A stretch of DNA of 60,804 nt from a virus. Taxonomy: Duplodnaviria > Caudoviricetes. The notes under the pieces are model-generated. The model searched no databases and was not told where the DNA came from. It worked only from the letters and a program-made list of their open reading frames with translations. Below, one piece after another: positions 8,994-16,924 of this stretch (within the stretch, counting starts at the first letter, position 1; every line of letters begins with the position of its first letter). The stretch is from IMG/VR virus record IMGVR_UViG_3300048592_000232, positions 1 through 60,804 of that record, one strand, 5' to 3'. Made by a program: the position numbers and the translations under genes.

Positions 8994-10171
8994 GTGATTT
9001 TGACGTAGAGGCTGCGCTTGATAGTGCGGCGCTGGCGGTGGATGCAGAGATTAAAAAGGCTGACGCGGGCGTATTGGGCAAAGCCTGGCAGGTGCGCAGT
9101 TTTCGGGATGCGTTCCAGCCTCGACCGCCGCTGCTCTACGTCGTGGACGGCCTGCTGGCCGCACCGTCGCTCAACATCTTCTATGGCGCACCCGGCAGCA
9201 TGAAATCGATGGTGCTGGCAGACCTGGCCGTCTGCGTTGCGCTGGGTGTGCCCTTCCTGCATTCCATCGAGGGGCAGCTTGGCAAGCCCGGCAGGACGTT
9301 CCGCACAGTGCGCAGTCCGGTGCTTTGGGTGGATATGGACAATGGGAAGCGACGCACCGACGTGCGCTTTGACGCCCTGGGCAGGGCGCACGGTGCGACC
9401 GTGGACGATGCGCAGTTGCAGTACATCTCGATGCCGTCACCGCACTTCAATGCCAGCAACGGCGAATTTATGAGCTACCTGGAAACGTTCATCCGGGCAA
9501 ACGAGCACCGGTTAGTTGTCATAGACAACTTGGGTCTCAGCATCGGTGACGCCGACGAAAACAAAGCGGAGATGGCGACAGTCATGCGCAACTTCAAGTA
9601 CGTTGCCGAAAACACGGCAACGTGCATCGTCATCATCCATCACCCGCGCAAAGGCGGCGCGGCGGAAGGCGTTCGGTTGGGCGACACCATGCGCGGACAC
9701 AGCACCATCGAGGCGAGCCTTGACGCCGCCTTCTACGTGGATCGGCTGGAAGGCAAGGACGCAATCAGTGTGGTTCCGGTCAAGGTGCGCGAGTACCGCA
9801 TTGACCCGTTTGGCGCCCTTTTCGCCTACGAGCATCGGGAAGGAACCTATGACTTGCAGACCGCGCGCTTTTTCAGCCAGTCGGTTGACTCGCCTGACGA
9901 AATGCGCAGAACGTTGGTACAGGACGCAATCCTGACTGTCGTCTTGCACTCCGGTACGGAAGGCATAGAACGCGGCGAGCTTTACGACGCCGTGCAGGGC
10001 AAAATGGAGGGACCACTCAAGATGAAATCGCCGGGTCGAAATGCCATCCGGGGACAACTGACCGTTTTGTGTGAAACCGGCATGATTGACGAGGTCAAAG
10101 AAGGACGCCGGTACATCTACATCCTAACTGAGAGCGGCTGGCCGGAAGCGCAGCGCCGCAAAGTTGGCTAG
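8990..10171 (+). CDS. RecA-family AAA_25 (RepA-like) replicative helicase with C-terminal winged helix
   Basis: YVVDGLL, GAPGSMKS Walker A, LVVIDNL Walker B, IIHHPRK, MRGHS. Confidence 0.85.
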   Translation: MSDFDVEAALDSAALAVDAEIKKADAGVLGKAWQVRSFRDAFQPRPPLLYVVDGLLAAPSLNIFYGAPGSMKSMVLADLAVCVALGVPFLHSIEGQLGKPGRTFRTVRSPVLWVDMDNGKRRTDVRFDALGRAHGATVDDAQLQYISMPSPHFNASNGEFMSYLETFIRANEHRLVVIDNLGLSIGDADENKAEMATVMRNFKYVAENTATCIVIIHHPRKGGAAEGVRLGDTMRGHSTIEASLDAAFYVDRLEGKDAISVVPVKVREYRIDPFGALFAYEHREGTYDLQTARFFSQSVDSPDEMRRTLVQDAILTVVLHSGTEGIERGELYDAVQGKMEGPLKMKSPGRNAIRGQLTVLCETGMIDEVKEGRRYIYILTESGWPEAQRRKVG

Positions 10172-10286
10172 TCATTCACGGCGGGTTTACGCCGTGCACT
10201 TCTTGAAGTGGCCTCCATAACCCGTCCAGCAATGACACTCACCTATTACCTGAAATGATAAATACCAGTTTAGGCGTAATGAATAC

Positions 10287-10345
10287 TTGACATTTATCAT
10301 CATGTGTGATAAATTTAGCTTGTACAGATATTCAGAGCGAATCGA
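10287..10345 (+). promoter_or_regulatory. Promoter with palindromic operator ATTTATCA-N7-TGATAAAT and leader motif GAGCGAA
   Basis: TTGACA-17-TAAATT with the inverted repeat in the spacer. Confidence 0.65.
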
Positions 10346-10375
10346 CAGATTCTTTTCAATTGTAAAGGAGACATC

Positions 10376-10831
10376 ATGGAGAAGACAAACGGCTACACGG
10401 CACAGGTTTCACCCTGGAGCACATTGCAGGGTGAATTGATCGATGCGTTTGATGGTCTTGATCAAGCCAACTATCGTCTCGCCGATGCGTTGGGTGAACA
10501 GGCGCGTGCGCTGGTGGCGCTGGACGCGGCCAAGCAGGTTGCGGAGGATGTTGAGTCTGAGTTCACAGGCGAGATCATGTTCTCCCTGGAGTTTCAGGAC
10601 AACAAATCCATCCAGAAGAACGCAGAGTCTCGCAAGGCGTACATGGACTTGCGGCTCGTGCGGGCACGCAAGCCCGGCGGCGTGATGTACTACGCTGCCG
10701 AGGCATTGACGAAGGCAAAAGAGGATCGGCTATTGGCCGACAACGAAGTCGAGCTTGCCAAGCGGCAGGTGCTGGCAATCCAGGCGAAGATTGACGCACT
10801 GTCGAGCCTTGTTCGTGGATTGAGCGCATGA
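10376..10831 (+). CDS. Hypothetical coiled-coil protein
   Basis: Strong RBS AAAGGAG; KNAESRKAY motif. Confidence 0.7.
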   Translation: MEKTNGYTAQVSPWSTLQGELIDAFDGLDQANYRLADALGEQARALVALDAAKQVAEDVESEFTGEIMFSLEFQDNKSIQKNAESRKAYMDLRLVRARKPGGVMYYAAEALTKAKEDRLLADNEVELAKRQVLAIQAKIDALSSLVRGLSA

Positions 10832-11022
10832 GCTTGACCACGGGCGACACGGCGAATCGTGGACAGCTTGCCGGTTGGGACAAGTTCCTGGCTGGCAAGC
10901 CCATCACCGAGTGTGCAACGCAGGAGGAACGCAACGGATGGTTAGCTGCTTTCTCCTGCTATGACGACAACTTTTCAGAGACAACTCAGAAGGAAACGAA
11001 CAATGACAACAGCACTCAGTAG
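10828..11022 (+). CDS. Small protein, possibly Rmf/CrpP-like fold
   Basis: RGQLAGW...G.P...C...ERNGWLAA pattern; ATGA coupling. Confidence 0.4.
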   Translation: MSLTTGDTANRGQLAGWDKFLAGKPITECATQEERNGWLAAFSCYDDNFSETTQKETNNDNSTQ

Positions 11023-11845
11023 GATCAGTGGCGTACCGGCAGGCGTGGCGGAATACGACGAAGAACTTGCCGCTTTGCTCGCCGAGGAAGACGAACAAGA
11101 GGAAACCGCATTTCATTTCCATGCAACCCGACTGAAGTTCCCATCGGGCGGCATGACGGCGGGATTCCCCACCAGCGACGATGAGATGATCCCTGTTCCC
11201 TTTGAGGCGATTATCCTGGTCAGCCAGACCACTCGCGCATGGTGGCCGCGCGAGGGCAACGAGAACAACATCGGCGGCGCGCCGGCCTGTGCAAGCAATG
11301 ATGGGCGTGTCGGCTTCTGGCGTGCGTCCGATGACATGTTTGCCAAGGCGACCAAGTACCCGATTCGGCATCCTGCCTTGCAGATGATTGATGAAGGCGC
11401 AGCGGCCACCATGCAGCCCTTCCAGTGCGCAAGCTGTCCGCTTGGTCAGTACCTGGAAGACAAAGGAACACCGTGCAAGGAATTGCGCCGCCTGTTGGTG
11501 CAAATTTCCGGTATGGCATCGCCGATCATCCTGACTGTGCCGACTGGGTCGATCTCAATTCTCGACCGCTACGCATCTGCGCAGAAGGTCAAGGGGCGGC
11601 GTTACTTCGCTGTTTGGACAAAGTTTGAGCTGACGAAGGAGACCAGCCGCGGCGGGATTGCCTACGCCCGCCTGAAGCTCTCCTTCGTGCGCAACTGCAC
11701 GCCGGATGAAGCACGGGCAGTCATCGAGGTGCGGCGTCAGTTTGGTGAGCTGGTGCGGCGCATGGAAATCACCAGCGACGATTACGAAGTCGGCGGGAAC
11801 GGCAACGGCGGCGTCACCATTGACGCTGATCCGATTCCGTTCTAG
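11003..11845 (+). CDS. Probable single-stranded DNA-binding/annealing protein
   Basis: Cys-containing core (CASNDG, CASCP, PCK) and acidic C-terminus ending DADPIPF; replication context. Confidence 0.6.
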   Translation: MTTALSRISGVPAGVAEYDEELAALLAEEDEQEETAFHFHATRLKFPSGGMTAGFPTSDDEMIPVPFEAIILVSQTTRAWWPREGNENNIGGAPACASNDGRVGFWRASDDMFAKATKYPIRHPALQMIDEGAAATMQPFQCASCPLGQYLEDKGTPCKELRRLLVQISGMASPIILTVPTGSISILDRYASAQKVKGRRYFAVWTKFELTKETSRGGIAYARLKLSFVRNCTPDEARAVIEVRRQFGELVRRMEITSDDYEVGGNGNGGVTIDADPIPF

Positions 11846-11853
11846 GAAGGAGG

Positions 11854-11890
11854 GAAGCGGGCGGCTTGGAGGGGTCGCCCGCTTCATTTC
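11854..11890 (+). terminator. Hairpin terminator
   Basis: gaagcgggcggc-loop-gtcgcccgcttc then atttc. Confidence 0.5.
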
Positions 11891-12113
11891 TCATGCAAAT
11901 TACAAAGGAGAGCGCCCGACAGGAAATAAATGAAGCATTGATGCGTGGGGATTTGTTCGCCGGGACGCTGGAATTTGAGCGCCTGGCAGACATGGCAAGA
12001 GCATTTTGTATCGAGGTTCCGACCGTCCTGATCCGGACAGAATGGAGCCGAAAGAACCTGGAGATCGTGCGGACTGAAACCCCGTCGATTTTCCCACCGA
12101 AACGGAAAGAGGC

Positions 12114-12374
12114 ATGAGTCAGGTAATTGTGAAAGAAAGGAAAATCATCACCTATGAATCTATCGACGCACTCAAAAAACTTATCGAAGAGGGTGCGCTT
12201 ATCGGCGTCAGGCGTACAAGCTGCGCCTTCTGTGCAGATCGCAGCCCGACCGTCAGCATGTTTCTCGTTCCCGCTGCCGTGCTCGCTGCCTTCCCTGGCG
12301 AGCGTTTGAGCACGCAAGAGACGCTGAATCAAATTGAAAAGGAAGAGCCGCGCATGATGGCGGCCTGGAATTAG
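12114..12374 (+). CDS. Hypothetical protein
   Basis: RBS and ATGA coupling; CAFC motif. Confidence 0.55.
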   Translation: MSQVIVKERKIITYESIDALKKLIEEGALIGVRRTSCAFCADRSPTVSMFLVPAAVLAAFPGERLSTQETLNQIEKEEPRMMAAWN

Positions 12375-12382
12375 GAGGCGAC

Positions 12383-12712
12383 ATGGCGAGGCAAAGCCCA
12401 TCGACGTGGAAGCGGCTAGAGCGCGAGACTGCCAAGCAGATCGGCGGCGTGCGCAACGGCAACCGGGGCGCAGCAACGGCAGACGCAGAGAATGACGTGC
12501 TTGCCGTCGAGTGCAAGTCCTGGGCGACGCTACCGGCCAAAGTGGAAGCCGCATTGCTTCAGGCGGAAAGCGCGGCACGAAATGCCGATGGGCTTCTGCC
12601 GGTCGCCCGCATTCACCGCAAAGGGCAGAAGGGCGACAACGACCTGGCTGTCGTGCGGTGGCACGTCATGCTGAAACTGTTGACCGATGCAGGATTTATC
12701 AAAGGAGAGTGA
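12383..12712 (+). CDS. PD-(D/E)XK nuclease, Holliday-junction resolvase-like
   Basis: KRLERE...AD...AVECKS...QAE...PVARIHR. Confidence 0.75.
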   Translation: MARQSPSTWKRLERETAKQIGGVRNGNRGAATADAENDVLAVECKSWATLPAKVEAALLQAESAARNADGLLPVARIHRKGQKGDNDLAVVRWHVMLKLLTDAGFIKGE

Positions 12713-12713
12713 C

Positions 12714-12824
12714 ATGCAACAACAAGAGGGGTACAGTCCACTGTTTTACGTGATGCTGTTTTTTGGCATCGTCGGCGTGTTGGGGTTCTTGTTCGTCAGC
12801 GCTAGCGCAGGGTTAGGAGGGTGA
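12714..12824 (+). CDS. 36-aa single-TM micropeptide
   Basis: RBS AAAGGAGAG; MQQQEGYSPLFYVMLFFGIVGVLGFLFVSASAGLGG; fills the gap exactly. Confidence 0.55.
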   Translation: MQQQEGYSPLFYVMLFFGIVGVLGFLFVSASAGLGG

Positions 12825-12825
12825 A

Positions 12826-13557
12826 ATGACTGAAACACTGAATCGTATCTTTCGGCGATACGCCGAAGCAATGCAGGCCGTCTCTGACGGGTCCAGCATC
12901 AGCCTGGACGCTGCGAATCTTTCGCTGGCGCTGGCGATCCGTGACATGGCCGACGATCACGAAAGCGCCAGCAGCACAGACGTGATTCAGGCACTGCAAA
13001 AGAAGCTGAGCGAAACGGCGGCGCATCTGGTGACGGTGCTTGACGAACAAGAAAAGCGCCGCGAGGACTTCTCGACGATGACGAAAGAGCTTGGCGACTG
13101 GCTGCTGAAAAACAAGCCGGATTCGCTCAACGGCGCCGGCCATATCGAGATTGTCAAGGCGGCGCTTGAGTCGTTGAAGGCGTTGACCGCCGAACGGGAT
13201 GAACTGGCAGTCAAGGTTGCCGTGTTGCTGCCCGCAAAACCAACGCTTACCTTGACTTCCAGCAACGGACACCACGGGAACGGCATTGTGATCAACCCGC
13301 CGTTTGAACCTTCCAGCGAAGCGCAGGACTACCGGGACGGCCTCGACGCCGGTCGCTGGAAGTGGATTCAGGTCCCGAAGCGAATCCGCTTGGAACTGGT
13401 GCGCAGCGTCATCGCAGCAACCGCCAATCACACGCAGACCGAGTTTGACGCCGCGCGCCCAAGCTGGATGGCGACAGCGACGGCGCACTGCTCCTCGTTC
13501 GGTGTGACGTGGCGAGAGTTGATTGATCTGGAGAAGGAGATCGAGGTCAAGCCATGA
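12826..13557 (+). CDS. Hypothetical coiled-coil protein
   Basis: RBS AGGAGG, 243 aa, operon coupling. Confidence 0.7.
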   Translation: MTETLNRIFRRYAEAMQAVSDGSSISLDAANLSLALAIRDMADDHESASSTDVIQALQKKLSETAAHLVTVLDEQEKRREDFSTMTKELGDWLLKNKPDSLNGAGHIEIVKAALESLKALTAERDELAVKVAVLLPAKPTLTLTSSNGHHGNGIVINPPFEPSSEAQDYRDGLDAGRWKWIQVPKRIRLELVRSVIAATANHTQTEFDAARPSWMATATAHCSSFGVTWRELIDLEKEIEVKP

Positions 13558-13670
13558 GTGTAGCCATGCAGTTGACAGCAATCGCCGTCGCCCTGGGTGC
13601 GGCTGCGATCCTGACCATGATTCTTTGGGCGGCCACGACAATGGCCGGGAAGGTGAATCGTGACGAATAG
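13554..13670 (+). CDS. 38-aa single-TM micropeptide
   Basis: ATGA coupling; MSVAMQLTAIAVALGAAAILTMILWAATT... Confidence 0.5.
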   Translation: MSVAMQLTAIAVALGAAAILTMILWAATTMAGKVNRDE

Positions 13671-13758
13671 AGACTGGCGATTCAACCATGATGTCTGGCA
13701 GTGGGTCTTCATCGCTGTCTTTCTCCTTTGGCTGGTGCTCATGGAGGTGGCTCGATGA
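13660..13758 (+). CDS. 32-aa single-TM micropeptide
   Basis: GTG start after GGAAGG; ...WQWVFIAVFLLWLVLMEVAR; stop overlaps the next ATG. Confidence 0.45.
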   Translation: MTNRDWRFNHDVWQWVFIAVFLLWLVLMEVAR

Positions 13759-14183
13759 ATGGCGCCTTACCAGCGCAGGAATGCCCGCACTGCAAACAGA
13801 TGATTCCCAGTAACGGAATCACCAACCACATACGCCGCTGTGTCTACGAACCGGAGCGCCGTGAACGTCTGCGCAACCTGGTGCCCGTGAATGCCAACAC
13901 AGCAGAATATAACCGTCTTCTCGCAGCAATGCCGGGCGAGTTGGTTGGACTTTCAACCATCGAGAAATGGTTCGGCACTTTCAGCGCGTTCATGCGCTGG
14001 CTGCACGGCGACCAGTACGTCACGAAGGAAGATGAGCTACTCGACAGTATCGACCGTGACCTGCTGGCAGGCGCTGGCGCGCTGCGCAACGAGCGCACCT
14101 ATCGTGGCGTGCCTGTCTTCGAGAAGCCGCGCCGAGAATGGACGGCAAACGGCAAAACTTATGTCGCATGGGGAGTGCGCTAA
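13755..14183 (+). CDS. Zinc-finger-containing hypothetical protein
   Basis: CPHC...H...C; FGTFSAF resembles homing-endonuclease-associated repeat. Confidence 0.6.
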   Translation: MNGALPAQECPHCKQMIPSNGITNHIRRCVYEPERRERLRNLVPVNANTAEYNRLLAAMPGELVGLSTIEKWFGTFSAFMRWLHGDQYVTKEDELLDSIDRDLLAGAGALRNERTYRGVPVFEKPRREWTANGKTYVAWGVR

Positions 14184-14197
14184 CTGAAAGGGGAACA

Positions 14198-14938
14198 ATG
14201 AAGACGCCAGACATCGAGACACTGAAACGCTGGAAAGATTCAACCAACTGGGCGGGCGTGCTGCTGTTTGCGGCGCTGCTCGCCCAAGCACCCCACGCCG
14301 CCTGGGTTTTCCTGCGCGTCGCTCCCCATGACGCCGGGTGGGAGATTGCCATTGCGCTTGTGGGCGCGGTCGTCTACGCCATCGCGCTGGAAGGGGCGAC
14401 AGCCTATTTCGTCTGGCAGGACGCCCGCCGCATTGCAGCCGCCTTTGCAGTGTTCAGCTTCCTGCACAACGTCGCCTACTACATGCCGGAACTGTGGGGC
14501 TTCGAGTTGTGGGGTGCAACGCTGACGGCAAGATTCATTCTCAGTATGCTTCTCATCTCCGCATCGTTGCCGATTGCAATCGCGGCGTTTTCGCACGTGC
14601 AGGCAGAGCGCCGCAACGTGCAAGAGACTGCGAAGCCGGTGCGAGAGACTGCGAAACCCGTGCAAGAGACTGCGAAACCTGTGCAAGAGACTGCGAAACC
14701 TGTGCAAGAGATTGCAGAGCCTGCAAAGCCGACACCGCAACTGCGAAGGGCGGCAATCGTTGCACACCTGTCCAACGGCTGGAACGGTGCAAAGCCAGCC
14801 GCCGAGATCGTAGACGCCATTGTTGAAGAGTTTGCAACGAACCCATCCACCGTCTACCGCGATTTGCAGAGCTTGCAGGATGCGAAGACGGTGCACAAGG
14901 ACGCAAACGGCGTCATCCACTTGAAAGGAATCGCATGA
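14198..14938 (+). CDS. Four-TM membrane protein with repeat linker and C-terminal HTH (DUF2637/Spd-like architecture)
   Basis: Hydrophobic N-half; about 5 VQETAKP repeats; IVEEFATNPSTVYRDLQSL helix-turn-helix. Confidence 0.7.
   Translation: MKTPDIETLKRWKDSTNWAGVLLFAALLAQAPHAAWVFLRVAPHDAGWEIAIALVGAVVYAIALEGATAYFVWQDARRIAAAFAVFSFLHNVAYYMPELWGFELWGATLTARFILSMLLISASLPIAIAAFSHVQAERRNVQETAKPVRETAKPVQETAKPVQETAKPVQEIAEPAKPTPQLRRAAIVAHLSNGWNGAKPAAEIVDAIVEEFATNPSTVYRDLQSLQDAKTVHKDANGVIHLKGIA
14618..14728 (+). repeat. 21-bp tandem repeat, about 5 copies
   Basis: gtgcaagagactgcgaaacct units encoding VQETAKP. Confidence 0.9.
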
Positions 14939-15453
14939 ATGAGATCATGACCCTGGCGCTGGCTGAGTCTGACTTTCGCCAGAACTGGGCGACGGAGTCT
15001 TTCCGTTCCGTCTACCGGCGTGGCTTTCACGACATTGGCAGCCTGCCAGTCAACAGCAAGGACAGTTATCTTGCAACGCAGTTCGTGCGGCTGGTCGAGG
15101 AATACTTCGAGTGGCAGCGTTCGCAAGGCGACGAAGCCTTGCAGGAACTCGCAGACATTTGCATTGTCGCTGCAAACATGGCGGCGCTGGTAGGCGTGGA
15201 CGTTGCAGACGATTTGCACGCAAGCACTTCGCAAGTCTCCGTGCAAACCGCGATGGAAGGTGTCGCACGTGCAATGCGAAGCGTCCGCAACGATGCAGGC
15301 GTGCAAATACAGGATGCACTGCGAACGCTGGTGCAAAGTTGTGGACAGGAAGCCCGCTTTGCAATTCGCATGGACTGCGACTTTGCAGGTGTCATTCTTG
15401 CGAAGCTCGACGCCGACGAACAGCGCGGTCGTTTGCATGGCGGTGCGAAATGA
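14935..15453 (+). CDS. MazG-like NTP pyrophosphohydrolase
   Basis: RLVEEYFE...QELADICIV motif. Confidence 0.65.
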   Translation: MNEIMTLALAESDFRQNWATESFRSVYRRGFHDIGSLPVNSKDSYLATQFVRLVEEYFEWQRSQGDEALQELADICIVAANMAALVGVDVADDLHASTSQVSVQTAMEGVARAMRSVRNDAGVQIQDALRTLVQSCGQEARFAIRMDCDFAGVILAKLDADEQRGRLHGGAK

Positions 15454-15935
15454 TTCTCAACCTAAGCAAGGAAGAAGCGTTTGCAATTGCATCCGGTGCA
15501 TTGCAGCGCCTCGAACGTCCATGCAAACCGCAACCATCCTTCTATCGAATCGAGAACGTTGGCGACTTCTGGGTCTGGTCGCCAACGGAAGGCAGAGTCT
15601 TTTTCGCACAGGCAAACGCAAACGCTTTTGCACTGCCGGAACTGACGCAGCGCGCGCCGTTTGCGCCGGGCGACGTGGTGATGCTGCGCGAGCCGTGGAA
15701 GCATCTACGCACGGAGCCGAACGGCGATCTGCTTGTCCAGTACGTGGACGGCGTAACGACGAAGTGCACGCCGGTTGGCGGCAAGTGGACGGTGCGTCAT
15801 CCGTATGGATGGAATTCCAGTTTGAACATGATGACGTGGCTGAGCCGCATGAGTGCGCAGATCACCCAGGTATACCTGGAGCGCAAAGGCAGCCTGTCAC
15901 CCTGGCAATGGATTTATGATTTTGTGTTGGTGTGA
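15450..15935 (+). CDS. ASCH/PUA-like phage protein
   Basis: PFAPGDVVMLREPW...WNSSLNM..WLSR...ITQV..ER. Confidence 0.6.
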   Translation: MILNLSKEEAFAIASGALQRLERPCKPQPSFYRIENVGDFWVWSPTEGRVFFAQANANAFALPELTQRAPFAPGDVVMLREPWKHLRTEPNGDLLVQYVDGVTTKCTPVGGKWTVRHPYGWNSSLNMMTWLSRMSAQITQVYLERKGSLSPWQWIYDFVLV

Positions 15936-15958
15936 AGCAAACGTCACTCACATACACA

Positions 15959-16044
15959 CCGTTCGGTCAGGCGTTCGGTCTGGCCGTTCGGTCGTTCGGT
16001 ACCTCTGGTAGCCCTCCCCCCGTTCGCACCGTTCGGCGTTCGGT
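15959..16044 (+). repeat. Cluster of 7 CGTTCG(G) direct repeats
   Basis: CGTTCGGT x4, then CGTTCGC, CGTTCGGC, CGTTCGGT in the intergenic space. Confidence 0.85.
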
Positions 16045-16071
16045 TTTGTACTGATATTCATGCGCTTCAAG

Positions 16072-16119
16072 TATTGACATTTGATTAAATGCCGTGTACA
16101 ATAGGAGACGTAAGAGCGA
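16072..16119 (+). promoter_or_regulatory. Strong promoter, twin of 49592-49639
   Basis: TTGACA-17-TACAAT followed by GTAAGAGCGA; 42/48 nt identical to its twin. Confidence 0.85.
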
Positions 16120-16149
16120 GTTAGAATATCAGCAGGGGAGATAATCAGC

Positions 16150-16332
16150 ATGGTAGAAATCTTCACAGGCCGCACACGGGGCAAGCAGGCCGCACGCTTC
16201 ATCGAAAAGATTGAAGCGGCTGGCGGCGAGGTCTACGAGACGTGTGACGATCAGGAAATCGAGACCGGGGTGCGCTTCCTCGAAGTGCACTACGAAATGC
16301 CAGCAGAGACCGAAGAAGAAGATGAGGAATAG
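16150..16332 (+). CDS. Small acidic protein
   Basis: First gene after the strong promoter; ends ETEEEDEE. Confidence 0.65.
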   Translation: MVEIFTGRTRGKQAARFIEKIEAAGGEVYETCDDQEIETGVRFLEVHYEMPAETEEEDEE

Positions 16333-16388
16333 CCAACCGGGGGAGGTGACGAGCCTCCCCACTATCTACCACATCGGGAGGGGATACC

Positions 16389-16583
16389 ATGATAGCTAGA
16401 ATCGACATCATCGTTAGAACGTGGGCATGGGGACAGGGAGAAACGACTGACATCGTTGTGCACCGCCCCTGGAACTCCGTGCCGCGTCGCTACTTTGGCC
16501 GCCATAACAACGTCACGACCGCCAGCTACATGCGCATCATGCACATGGCGAGAGCGAACCGTTGGGGCGTCAACTTCATCTAG
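16389..16583 (+). CDS. Small basic hypothetical protein
   Basis: RBS GGGAGGGG; flanked by repeated intergenic hairpins. Confidence 0.6.
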   Translation: MIARIDIIVRTWAWGQGETTDIVVHRPWNSVPRRYFGRHNNVTTASYMRIMHMARANRWGVNFI

Positions 16584-16638
16584 TCAACCGGGGGAGATCG
16601 TCAGGGTCTCCCCACTACCGAAAGGACTTGAGCAGACC

Positions 16639-16905
16639 ATGAACGCCGAACAGAACGCCGAAAAAGCCAAGCAGTTGTTGCGCCATTACTTCCGCCTGGC
16701 TTTTGAGAAAAGCAACAATACCCGCTGGGACAGCGACAACGCCGCCGAAGTCTCGGACATCGTTGACCACATTATCAACGCCTGGGACAGCGACAACGCC
16801 CCCGTCCAGCCCGACGCCCTGACCCGCATCGCCGTGGCGCTGGAACGCATCGCCGACCGGCTGGACGGCTTTAGCGACAACCTGGCAGAAGACGCCTTGC
16901 GCTGA
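16639..16905 (+). CDS. Hypothetical protein with duplicated WDSDNA
   Basis: RBS AAAGGA; C-ending codon bias; 19-bp internal direct repeat. Confidence 0.6.
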   Translation: MNAEQNAEKAKQLLRHYFRLAFEKSNNTRWDSDNAAEVSDIVDHIINAWDSDNAPVQPDALTRIAVALERIADRLDGFSDNLAEDALR

Positions 16906-16924
16906 TTGCCTAGGAGAGACTGAC

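Noticed and set aside
16330-16617. CRISPR array or integron attC sites
   Set aside because: Only two copies separated by a whole gene; no cas genes, tyrosine integrase or GTTRRRY boxes
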